Source: a bacterium
GTDB taxonomy: Bacteria; Patescibacteriota; Saccharimonadia; UBA4664
Reading direction: 5' to 3'
DNA: 64,000 bases
Assembly (NCBI GenBank): GCA_016699105.1
Contig: CP064960.1
Span: 136,727-200,726 of the forward strand
Position numbers and translations under genes: made by a program. The notes under the pieces were generated by a model, which worked only from the letters and a program-made list of their open reading frames with translations, ran no database searches and was not told the origin of the DNA. This document shows, in pieces, positions 52,334 to 60,656 of this stretch (positions are counted from its first letter, which is position 1; every line of letters starts with the position of its first letter).

Positions 52334-52759
52334 ATGGACCACTACGAGCTGGACTTGCGGAGTCATGACACATTCCAAAACGACGCTGGATACGCATTTT
52401 CGCACCAGACGCAGCGACTCAGAGAGCTGGTGGCGCAGGCTTGCGGATTTGATACCCCTGAACAAGCTCGCGGTATAGCACATAACTTCATCGAGGCAGG
52501 TGTAGATGTTAATTTGCTACGAAGTGACGGACACGTTCAGGGCCTGGTGCGCGAGTCTCTGAGCGCGGTTGATATTGAGCTTATTTCGAAATATGTAGCC
52601 GACTTTTTAAAGGCCAATCCAGCTGATACAAGAACTAAGCTAACTGCATATATAGATTTGCTCGTGAAATACGATTTAAGGGATCTCGACGAATGGGTGA
52701 AACTGTGGGTCGAAATAATTTCCCTGCTTTTAAAGAAAAAGCCGATGATCATGCCATAA
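52334..52759 (+). CDS. Hypothetical protein (island cargo)
   Basis: 141-aa ORF between cassette A and cassette B. No recognisable domain. Confidence 0.4.
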   Translation: MDHYELDLRSHDTFQNDAGYAFSHQTQRLRELVAQACGFDTPEQARGIAHNFIEAGVDVNLLRSDGHVQGLVRESLSAVDIELISKYVADFLKANPADTRTKLTAYIDLLVKYDLRDLDEWVKLWVEIISLLLKKKPMIMP

Positions 52760-52889
52760 GAGAGGTGCTTCAATTAGCTGTTGAGTTGACGGCTAAGGAT
52801 TACCAAAAGGTTATCGCCCCGTATTACCGCTAGTAGCCTGCCGCAAGCTCAGCCGCCCAGTCCTGCGCACATACCCGCAGGGCTGGGCG

Positions 52890-53612
52890 AGACCGATTTT
52901 TGTTTTAGTATTCGCGCAAATTAGTCCAACTTATTATCGGTAAAATTAGGGCACTTTGCGCCTAATTCTTGGTGCGTTTGATATGATGACAATATGTTGC
53001 GCTTAATTGTCTTATCTGGTTTACCGGGCTCGGGCAAAAGTACCGTTGCCAAGGCTATTGCCAGCGAGCTACACCTGCCAATCTACTCAGTCGACCCCAT
53101 GGAATCGGCGATTATTAAAGCAGGTTTTGATCGTAGTTTTAAGACGGGGTTGGCGGCCTATTTGGTTGCGGAAACCCTGGCGGATGAACAACTAAGTCTT
53201 GGTCAGACGGTAATAATTGATGCCGCAAATTATGTCCGAGAGGCTCAGGAAATGTGGATCAAATTGGCAAATAAACATGGTGCCGAGCTCAAGGTCATAG
53301 CATGCATTTGTGCAAATGAGACTCAACATCAAGAGCGGATAGCTAAGCGAGTTCGAGCACTTCATGGTATTCCCGAGATAACGTGGTCGGATGTTGAAAA
53401 ACGAAAAGTTGAGAGCACACCCTGGCAAACTGAGCACGTGGTACTTGATACAAATCGGGCATTTAATGCCACAATGCACGAGGCTCTGAAATACATTTCG
53501 GCCTAAACTATGCCAATACGATTTGTCTGACGGTCGTATAATGTGCAAAATATTTAGGCGCAAAGTGTCCTAATTTAGCTCGAAACGACCCGAGATTTTT
53601 CGCCAAAATACC
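52890..53612. mobile_element. Repeat-bounded cassette B: L unit (core TTAGGGCACTTTGCGCCTAA at 52946–52965) – single P-loop kinase gene – R unit (core inverted 53554–53573 plus flank)
   Basis: Inverted 20-bp cores bracket a ~610-bp segment containing only ORF 52994..53506. The architecture resembles a minimal TIR-bounded element or gene cassette. No transposase is present. Confidence 0.5.
52994..53506 (+). CDS. P-loop NTPase / kinase (AAA_33/zeta-toxin/PNK-like family)
   Basis: Walker A 'LSGLPGSGKSTVAKA' and Walker B-like 'TVIIDAANY'. About 170 aa. Confidence 0.65.
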   Translation: MLRLIVLSGLPGSGKSTVAKAIASELHLPIYSVDPMESAIIKAGFDRSFKTGLAAYLVAETLADEQLSLGQTVIIDAANYVREAQEMWIKLANKHGAELKVIACICANETQHQERIAKRVRALHGIPEITWSDVEKRKVESTPWQTEHVVLDTNRAFNATMHEALKYISA

Positions 53613-53891
53613 GGCCACTGATGGACTGATAGCTTTATCGGTGCGGTGGATGCAACCCAGCCAACAACACGGCCGCCGTTTGCCCTCCTGAAGTTCGGTG
53701 ACGGTGCGCTGAATATGATTTTGGCGGGTCGATTCTTGTTTAACTTCGATATTCCAACAAATCCATTCGTTGCGGGCGAGCGGTGTTAGACTTTCCCAGG
53801 CTTTCACGGCAGCCGGTGCAGTACTCAGCGCAGTACGCAAGTCGGCCGGTAAATCGTGAACGGTACCTGATGCGAGAGAAATTGTGGTCAT
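53508..53891 (-). CDS. YdeI/OmpD-associated family-like protein; 3' end reads into the R repeat
   Basis: 'WICWNIEVKQESTRQNHIQRTVTELQEGKRRPCCWLGCIHR'. The last ~30 codons ('ILAKNLGSFRAKLGHFAP...') are encoded by the repeat unit. The same peptide appears in the spurious ORF 51849..52154. Confidence 0.5.
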   Translation of the reverse strand: MTTISLASGTVHDLPADLRTALSTAPAAVKAWESLTPLARNEWICWNIEVKQESTRQNHIQRTVTELQEGKRRPCCWLGCIHRTDKAISPSVAGILAKNLGSFRAKLGHFAPKYFAHYTTVRQIVLA

Positions 53892-53924
53892 GGCACTATT
53901 TTAACCTATATACTGGCTTATTAT

Positions 53925-54421
53925 GCGCATTATGATTTTGGCGATGTCGCCAGTGGCAAGAGTACAATTTCAAAAAATTAGGTGCTCATTTGGGCCTGCC
54001 GGTACTGCACCTGGATGAGGTCATGATGAAACTTGGTCGAGATCAAAAGCCCACATTAAAGATTACATACATCAAGAAGCCGATAAGGCTGATTGGATAA
54101 TCGAGGGCAACGCCTTTACCAAAGACAAGTCTTATCGAATCGAGCGTGCCGATGTAGTGATCATGTTTGCTGCCAATCGATTTGTGACGCTGTATCGTCA
54201 TATGCGACGGGTTTGGCGGGTGAGGCATGGGCGAGAAGTCATGCACGGTGGGGCAAGTGGCGATTTCAAACTTAACTATTACATTCCTTACACGCTATGG
54301 CATTTCCCCATCGGCGGCGCCAGGCGGAACAACGGGTAATCGCCGCCGGTAAGCAGATCATTGTGGTGCGCAGCTTCGACGAAGGATTGGCGTTGCTTAA
54401 GACGTTCGAGACCGACCGATG
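53925..54421 (+). pseudogene. Decayed P-loop NTPase ('topology modulation protein'/adenylate-kinase-like) with ≥4 frameshifts
   Basis: Fragments in three frames: 'MRIMILG', 'DVASGKSTISK' and 'LGAHLGLPVLHLDEVMMKLGRDQKP'. Then 'EADKADWIIEGNAFTKDKSYRIERADVVIMFAANRFVTLYRHMRRVWRVRHG...' and a C-terminus 'EQRVIAAGKQIIVVRSFDEGLALLKTFETDR*'. Several shifts are in A-runs, so some may be sequencing error, but the density is above the window average. Confidence 0.5.
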
Positions 54422-54934
54422 AAGCACCAGGAACAAAAATACCGCGTCGACAATTTCGACCCAATTGTACAGAAACTGACAAGTTTAGGTGCCCAGCCTG
54501 GTCATGAAAGCACTTCGACCCATTATTATGCCGTCGTACCAGGTAACGATGTGGTCAAGGTTGTGGCGCATGCCGATCAATGTGAAATTCATAAGTTAAG
54601 TGAGACTGATGGCGGCAAATTTGTACTGACCGACCGTTTTCCCGTGGCCGATGTGAAGGCGGGTCTAAAGTGGCTCAAAGACCAGGGCTATACCCAAGTT
54701 TCATCTGTGGCTATGCGCCATACTGATTATGAATATGCCGGCGGACTTGTTGGTTTATATGATATAAATGGCGAGCTGAAATCGCTGATTTTGGATTATC
54801 CGGCAGGTAAGCACGACGCTATGGCTCAGACTTTGGGTGTGGAGGGCGCGGAACACATTGAGGTACCGCCGTACAACATTTATCTAGAACAGCGGGGTCT
54901 ACTCAATCCCGCCGATATTGAAGCGTTACTTTAA
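54419..54934 (+). CDS. CYTH-domain (CyaB/class IV adenylyl cyclase-like, triphosphate tunnel) protein
   Basis: The N-terminus 'QKYRVDNFDPIVQKLTSLGAQPGHESTSTHYYAV' matches the CYTH 'E.E.K..V.d...l...L...ga.....q.d.Yfd' pattern. Confidence 0.45.
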   Translation: MKHQEQKYRVDNFDPIVQKLTSLGAQPGHESTSTHYYAVVPGNDVVKVVAHADQCEIHKLSETDGGKFVLTDRFPVADVKAGLKWLKDQGYTQVSSVAMRHTDYEYAGGLVGLYDINGELKSLILDYPAGKHDAMAQTLGVEGAEHIEVPPYNIYLEQRGLLNPADIEALL

Positions 54935-55315
54935 GCGTTCGAGTACTCCCCGTCGCTTGACGATGTTTTTGTAGTCCCACTGGATGTCTTGCGCCTTACG
55001 CAGCCATCGTTTGAGATCATTGGTATTAATTTGGTCGGAAGCTGTGTAGCGGGCTTCGGCCGCTTTGAAGGAGCCCTCGGGTTTAAGGTTTGGCTCGTCG
55101 AATGACTGGCCGCTCCAGAAAAGCAGTTGGACATCATTTTTGATCACGGCATAGCCGGCGACGGGATTACCATCGAGGAACCAGACCGGGTGCCGGTGCC
55201 AGATTTTGGATTCAGCTTGGGGCAAGGCTTGGTTAATTTCGGTGGCAAGTAGTTCACATATATCCCGAGATTCGCCGGGCTGGTTGGCGTTGTAGTTGGC
55301 AATTTCTTGGTTCAT
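54926..55315 (-). CDS. DUF1801 (YdhG-like) domain protein
   Basis: 'IWHRHPVWFLDGNPVAGYAVIKNDVQLLFWSGQSF'. Confidence 0.5.
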   Translation of the reverse strand: MNQEIANYNANQPGESRDICELLATEINQALPQAESKIWHRHPVWFLDGNPVAGYAVIKNDVQLLFWSGQSFDEPNLKPEGSFKAAEARYTASDQINTNDLKRWLRKAQDIQWDYKNIVKRRGVLERLK

Positions 55316-55572
55316 ACGCTCTTTTGGGTTTTCCAACGCTCTAGGTGGGGTAATTGTTGCTGGGCAAGCCAACGCATGATGCGGCCACTACCTTGTTCTT
55401 TGAGAGCGTCGTCGACGATTTTTCTCATATCAACCAGGGTGCAATCTGGTCCGACAAACTGACCGTCCTCATAACAGAGTTTGCACCATTTTTCAGATTT
55501 GGAACCGTCAGATTCGACTCCCCTGCAATCGCCGGCTTTTTGGTTTGGAGGGGCATTCCACAACTTTGGCAT
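55312..55572 (-). CDS. Small Cys-containing hypothetical protein
   Basis: 'KWCKLCYEDGQFVGPDCTL', a possible zinc-ribbon-like motif. Confidence 0.35.
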   Translation of the reverse strand: MPKLWNAPPNQKAGDCRGVESDGSKSEKWCKLCYEDGQFVGPDCTLVDMRKIVDDALKEQGSGRIMRWLAQQQLPHLERWKTQKSV

Positions 55573-55650
55573 TGCTTCGCCATAACATACGCCTTATTTA
55601 TACCAATAATTATACATCGGTCATCAAGTGAAGGCTTGCTATATTTTGTT

Positions 55651-56085
55651 TTATAGTTGTAATTGATCGGGTCCAATATTGACCATCCAAGCGATGCCAA
55701 ATTTGTCCGTCAGCATACCAAACGTATCACCCCAGGGTGCTTTCTCGAGAGGAGCTGTGACCTGGCCGTCAGCACTGAGTTTGCTCCAGAAACCGCGCAT
55801 TGTATCTTCATCATCGCCACTCAGCGTCAAGCTCATTTGGCTGCCAGTCGACATAGGCATTCCGGTCGGTCTGTCTGATACCATCAACTCGATGCCATTG
55901 TCGCCTTTGAGAAAGGCATGCATGACCTTGTCGAGATCTGCGTCGTCTACAGACATGTCACTTTTGTCTTTGAACGATCGAAAAGTATCCATATATACTT
56001 CGCCACCAAAGATGGATTTATAAAATTCGACGGCTGCTTTGGCGTTACCATCAAAATTGATATAGCTGTGTAATTTGACTCCCAT
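55651..56085 (-). CDS. VOC-family (PhnB/glyoxalase-like) protein
   Basis: 'KLHSYINFDGNAKAAVEFYKSIFGGE' and 'GDTFGMLTDKFGIAWMVN'. Start set at the internal Met. Confidence 0.65.
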   Translation of the reverse strand: MGVKLHSYINFDGNAKAAVEFYKSIFGGEVYMDTFRSFKDKSDMSVDDADLDKVMHAFLKGDNGIELMVSDRPTGMPMSTGSQMSLTLSGDDEDTMRGFWSKLSADGQVTAPLEKAPWGDTFGMLTDKFGIAWMVNIGPDQLQL

Positions 56086-56178
56086 AGGTTGCTCCGATCT
56101 CATTAAAGTTTTGTTCATGAATTGGTTTTGCCATTGTAGCAAAAAAGTGGGGCTGAACATGGGTTATAATTACAAATT

Positions 56179-56925
56179 ATGACTGAGAATAAGACCAAGC
56201 CTACGAATGTATCCGTTGAAACTTTTTTGACGAGCGTCAGTCTGCAGCGCCAAGCTGAGGCGAGGCAATTGATCGAATTGATGCGGACGGTATCGGGTAA
56301 GGAAGCACAGATGTGGGGGCCGAGTATCATCGGTTTCGGTACCCAACATTACAAGTACTCAACCGGTCGGGAAGGCGATATGCCACAGTTGGGATTTAGC
56401 CCCCGTAAAGCGGCCATTACCGTGTATTTCAATGAGGGCTTTGACCGGTACGGTGAGACATTGGCAAAACTGGGCAAATATAAAACCAGTGTTAGCTGTC
56501 TGTACATTAATAAACTCGCTGATATTGAACTGGAGGGATTGCGTCATATGCTCGAAACATCTTATGCCCTAAGTAATCAACCGACTGACCAATCAGACTC
56601 TATCGCCGAGTATGTGAGCTTGGTGCCGGATGTTGCTCGCCCTCACTTTGACGAGCTGCGGCAATTGGTAACAGAGCTGTTGCCACAGGCGCGCGAAGTT
56701 CGTAGCTATGGCATTTTGGGATACAAAATAGACGACAAGCGCGCCCGGGTGTTTGTATCGGGATGGAAGGATCACGTGGCCATGTACCCGGTACCGCGAG
56801 CAGAAGCTTTGCAGGCAGAGCTCGAGCCGTATATCAAGGGGAAAGGCACCTTGTGGTTTCGGTTGGACGAGCCGTTACCGACAGATTTGATAAAACGAGC
56901 TGTGAGAGCTTTAACCGTAATTTGA
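56179..56925 (+). CDS. Tandem DUF1801 (YdhG-like) domain protein
   Basis: Two YdhG-like halves: 'VSVETFLTSV..MWGPSIIGFG..' and 'IAEYVSLVPDVARPHFDELRQLVTELLPQ..'. Confidence 0.5.
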   Translation: MTENKTKPTNVSVETFLTSVSLQRQAEARQLIELMRTVSGKEAQMWGPSIIGFGTQHYKYSTGREGDMPQLGFSPRKAAITVYFNEGFDRYGETLAKLGKYKTSVSCLYINKLADIELEGLRHMLETSYALSNQPTDQSDSIAEYVSLVPDVARPHFDELRQLVTELLPQAREVRSYGILGYKIDDKRARVFVSGWKDHVAMYPVPRAEALQAELEPYIKGKGTLWFRLDEPLPTDLIKRAVRALTVI

Positions 56926-57653
56926 GGCAAGCGTTCGAAAAGGGGGCAGACGTACCGAAGCCGATTACATTACGGTTTGTGAGCAAAATTAAACGAGCGC
57001 CTGGGGTATGGGAGTTTTGCTGGCGGCACGAGCGGCGAGTGGAGTTTAATCCTGGTCAATACGCTGATTTTGAAGTGGCGGTGCTAGGCGCTGGCGGTGG
57101 GCGATCCCACAGTGAGTCACGGACGTTCACGATTGTGTCACACCCGACCGAAACGACGGTACGGTTTTGGATGCGCTACGAGCAACCTGGCAGCCCGTAT
57201 AAGCGAGCCCTCATGAAGTTGGTGCCGGGCCAATCAGTAGGTATGACCGCGCCAATTGGCACCACCGTGTTGCCTCCAGAGAGAACTCGGCCACTTGTAT
57301 ATATCGCTCAAGGTATCGGGATTGCTTCGGTATTGAGCCCGCTAGCCGAATGTGTCCGGCAAGCGAGTGGTGGCAGTATGCGGGATGTGACCATATGGTG
57401 GATTCGACGTCCGGATGAACAACAGTTGTTAGATACCAATCCGCATCAATCAGCCATTACACGGCGACATGACATCGTCCGGCCGCAGCGGCTGGATGTG
57501 ACTGACGTTGTGGCCGGATTGCCAGCTCATCCGTTGATATTCATATCTGGAACCCAGTATTTTGTAGCAGCTATGGGTGATGACTTACAGCGGGCGGGCA
57601 TTGACCGGGGTGACATAATCTTTGACTACTACGAAGGATACGTGGAATTATAG
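56922..57653 (+). CDS. FNR-like FAD/NAD(P)-binding oxidoreductase (siderophore-interacting/ferredoxin reductase-type)
   Basis: FAD-binding 'RTFTIVSHP' (R-x-Y-S) and 'LVYIAQGIGIASVLS' (G-x-G-x-x-P-like). The TTG start at 56922 overlaps the upstream TGA stop (tTGA). Confidence 0.55.
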   Translation: MRQAFEKGADVPKPITLRFVSKIKRAPGVWEFCWRHERRVEFNPGQYADFEVAVLGAGGGRSHSESRTFTIVSHPTETTVRFWMRYEQPGSPYKRALMKLVPGQSVGMTAPIGTTVLPPERTRPLVYIAQGIGIASVLSPLAECVRQASGGSMRDVTIWWIRRPDEQQLLDTNPHQSAITRRHDIVRPQRLDVTDVVAGLPAHPLIFISGTQYFVAAMGDDLQRAGIDRGDIIFDYYEGYVEL

Positions 57654-57677
57654 TTATACTATGAATATAACAATTAG

Positions 57678-59143
57678 ATGAAACGGGCAATAGTCATTGG
57701 GGCGGGATTTGGTGGCATGAGTGCAGCCGCCTATTTAGCCAAAGATGGTTACGAAGTCACGGTGGTTGAGAAAAACGCCCAGCCAGGCGGGCGGGCTTAT
57801 ACTATGAAACAAGCTGGCTTTGTTTGGGAATTGGGCCCGAGTTGGTACATGATGCCCGATGTTTTTGAGGAGTTTTTTGCCGATTTCGGGCATAAGGTTA
57901 GCGATTATTATGAATTGAAACCATTGACACCGGCTTACCGCGTCTTTGATAATGATGGATCACTTGATATCGGGGGACTGGAGGCAACGGCTGGAGTGTT
58001 TGACCGTGTAGTAGCGGGCGACGGCGCCGGCTTACGACGCCTGCTGGCAGTAACCGAACGGGATTACCAATCGGTGCGTGCCAATGTACTGACGAGCGAC
58101 TGGCTGTCGTGGCGGCAAGCAGTGCGACCACAGGTGTTGCGGTTTTTGCTGAATCCGGAAATGGTAATGTCATATGATGCACGCATTAAACGCTATATCC
58201 AAGATGAACGGTTGGTGCGCGTGCTCGAGTTTATGACCGTGTTTATGGGCGGCAGCCCCAGCAATATCCCGGGCATGTATAGTTTGCTGGCGTATGTGGA
58301 TATGGGTTTGGGCATCAGTTACCCTGTCGGCGGCTTTACGGCAGTGGCTCGCGCTTTTATGCACGTTGGCCAGGAAGTAGGAGTTACCTACCGCTTCGAT
58401 AGTGAAGTGGCTCACATTGAAACAGTTCAGGGGTCGGTCAGGGGTGTGAAGCTGGTCAACGGCGATGAACTGCCAGCTGACTTGGTGGTCGCGAACGCCG
58501 ATTATCATCATATACAGACTCAGTTATTGTCTGCGGCGGCGCGGGACATATCCGAATCAAAGTGGGCGCGTAAGACATTGTCTCCATCGGGCCTTTTGGT
58601 ATCACTGGGCGTGAAAGGGCGCCTGCCGGGATTACTGCATCACAACTTGTTTTTGATACGAATTGGGACGAGCATTTTGATGCGGTTTTTAGTTCAAAAC
58701 AATGGTCATGCGATCCCTTGTTTTACTTGTGTGTACCCAGTAAATCTGACCCACAGGTGGCACTCTCGGGTCATGAAAACTTGTTTGTACTGGCTCCGCA
58801 AGCTGCCGGTGTCGAGCCGAGTGACACAGAGCTTGCGGCGACGGTTTCTCATATTGTTGACCGCATCGAACGGCGGGCCGGGGCTGCGGTTTCAGAGCAC
58901 ATCGTGGCTCAAGACGTCCGAACCGCCTCATTCTTCGAGGAAACTTTCCACGCATATCAAGGGAATGCCTTTGGACTAGCCCATACCTTGCGCCAAAGCG
59001 CACTGTTCCGACCGCCAGTGAAGGCGCGCAAAGTGAAGGGTTTGTATTTTGTAGGACAGTACACCAATCCGGGAACGGGAGTACCAATGGTGGTACTATC
59101 AGGCAAAACTGTAGCTGGAGCCGTGTGCCGTCATGGAGCTTGA
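57678..59143 (+). CDS. crtI: Phytoene desaturase CrtI (one apparent frameshift in a T-run at ~58650)
   Basis: FAD fold 'AIVIGAGFGGMSAAAYLAKDGYEVTVVEKNAQPGGRA'. After 'LLHHNLF' the +1 frame continues 'DTNWDEHFDAVFSSKQWSCDPLFYLCVPSKSDPQVALSGHENLFVLAPQ...GQYTNPGTGVPMVVLSGK'. Confidence 0.85.
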
Positions 59144-59206
59144 GCAAGCTATATTCAAAAAAGGCAGTACGACGTATTACTGAGTAGTAAGTTCTTCCCG
59201 GCTCAG

Positions 59207-59956
59207 GTGAGACCGGCAGTCTTTCGGTTGTACAGTTTCGTGCGCGTGGTCGACGATTATGTTGATCAAGTGCCTCCCGATGAAGCGGCTTTTGAGCTGA
59301 TTGAAAATGCTTGGCACCAGGATTTGGACTTACCGACTGAGTCAGTATCGGGCCGAGTGCTCAACAATATGCGAGCCGTCAGTCAACACCATGGCGTGCA
59401 ACGAGCCTGGGTAGATGACTTTCTCCAGAGTATGCGTTGGGATGTCGAAGGCCGGCACTATGAACTGCTCGAAGATAGCCTCGAGTATGTCTATGGCTCA
59501 GCCGAAGTAATTGGACTAAGTATGGCGGCGATATTGGAACTGCCACCGGCTGCTACTGCTGCAGCCAAGCTCCAAGGGCGGGCGATGCAATGGATTAATT
59601 TTTGTCGCGACATCCAAGAAGATTTGGATTTAGGGCGGTGTTACTTTCCGACCGCTGATCTCCGGCGTCATGAGTTGGTGGATTTACATGAATCGACAAC
59701 CCGGAAACAACCGGCGCATTTCCGCGCATTTATGACCGAGCAGTTGGATCGATACGATAGCTGGCAGCAGGCAGCCAATAAAGGCTACCAATATATCCCC
59801 CGTCGATTCCGTATACCCGTCCAAACGGCTCGCGACATGTACAACTGGACGGCCGATCAGATACGACAAGACCCATTTGTAGTTTATGAGCGTAAAGTCA
59901 AACCGACTAAAAGCCAGGTGGTGGGTGCCATAGTGAAAGCGAGTCTGCATGGATAG
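59207..59956 (+). CDS. crtB: Phytoene synthase CrtB (true start probably upstream, ~59150–59185, non-ATG)
   Basis: 'RPAVFRLYSFVRVVDDYVD' (first Asp-rich motif) and 'YVYGSAEVIGL..INFCRDIQEDLDLGRCYFP' (second motif). The in-frame upstream 'SSKFFPAQV' also aligns with CrtB N-termini. Confidence 0.8.
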   Translation: MRPAVFRLYSFVRVVDDYVDQVPPDEAAFELIENAWHQDLDLPTESVSGRVLNNMRAVSQHHGVQRAWVDDFLQSMRWDVEGRHYELLEDSLEYVYGSAEVIGLSMAAILELPPAATAAAKLQGRAMQWINFCRDIQEDLDLGRCYFPTADLRRHELVDLHESTTRKQPAHFRAFMTEQLDRYDSWQQAANKGYQYIPRRFRIPVQTARDMYNWTADQIRQDPFVVYERKVKPTKSQVVGAIVKASLHG

Positions 59957-60653
59957 TCTGACCTATTTATTGTTTAACGTGGCAGTGGCTACTTCGTTGA
60001 TAGGAGCGGTGTTGTGGACGCCGCGACTGTGGCGAAATTGGCGAGGGCTAGTAATTGGCCTGGTGATTGTTAGTGGACCATTCATCATCTGGGATATGCT
60101 AGCCACTGCCGCCGGGCATTGGAGTTTTAACCCCATATATACGCTGGGTTGGCAGCTGGGTGAATTGCCGGTAGAGGAGCTGTTATTTTTTGTGACGGTA
60201 CCGCTCGGTTGTATGGTGGCATGGGAGCTGTTGCGCCGAACCGGTGCGGAGGCAGTAGTGTTATCGCCACGCCAAGCTCGATGGATTATGGTCGTACTTG
60301 CTGTGATGGGTGCGAGTGGTGTGTGGCTTGCTGGCGGGAACCAATACACTCAATTAGCTTTACTGAGCCTGGCGGTAGCCTCCGTGACGCTGGCACTGAA
60401 TCCGCAATTAGTAGCAAAAAAGCAATGGTGGTGGTACCAATTGGTGGGGTTGGGATTGTTTTTCGTCAGTAATAGCATCTTGACCGGGGTGCCGGTGGTG
60501 CAGTACGGATCGGAATTTATCATTGGTTGGCGAGTTGGCACGATTCCGGTGGAGGATTTTTGGTATAATTTTGCATTGTTGAATCTATTCTTGGTGGCAT
60601 ATGAATACTCAAGTCGTCGCCAAAAGCGGTTGGCGTCAGGTATTATTACTTAA
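59949..60653 (+). CDS. Lycopene cyclase domain protein (fused heterodimeric CrtYcd type)
   Basis: Two internally repeated membrane halves: 'IIWDMLATAAGHWSFNP..ELPVEELLFF' and 'GVPVVQYGSEFIIGWRVGTIPVEDFWYNF'. These carry the PLEE/PVED-type motifs of CrtYc/Yd cyclases. Confidence 0.65.
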   Translation: MDSLTYLLFNVAVATSLIGAVLWTPRLWRNWRGLVIGLVIVSGPFIIWDMLATAAGHWSFNPIYTLGWQLGELPVEELLFFVTVPLGCMVAWELLRRTGAEAVVLSPRQARWIMVVLAVMGASGVWLAGGNQYTQLALLSLAVASVTLALNPQLVAKKQWWWYQLVGLGLFFVSNSILTGVPVVQYGSEFIIGWRVGTIPVEDFWYNFALLNLFLVAYEYSSRRQKRLASGIIT

Positions 60654-60656
60654 GAC

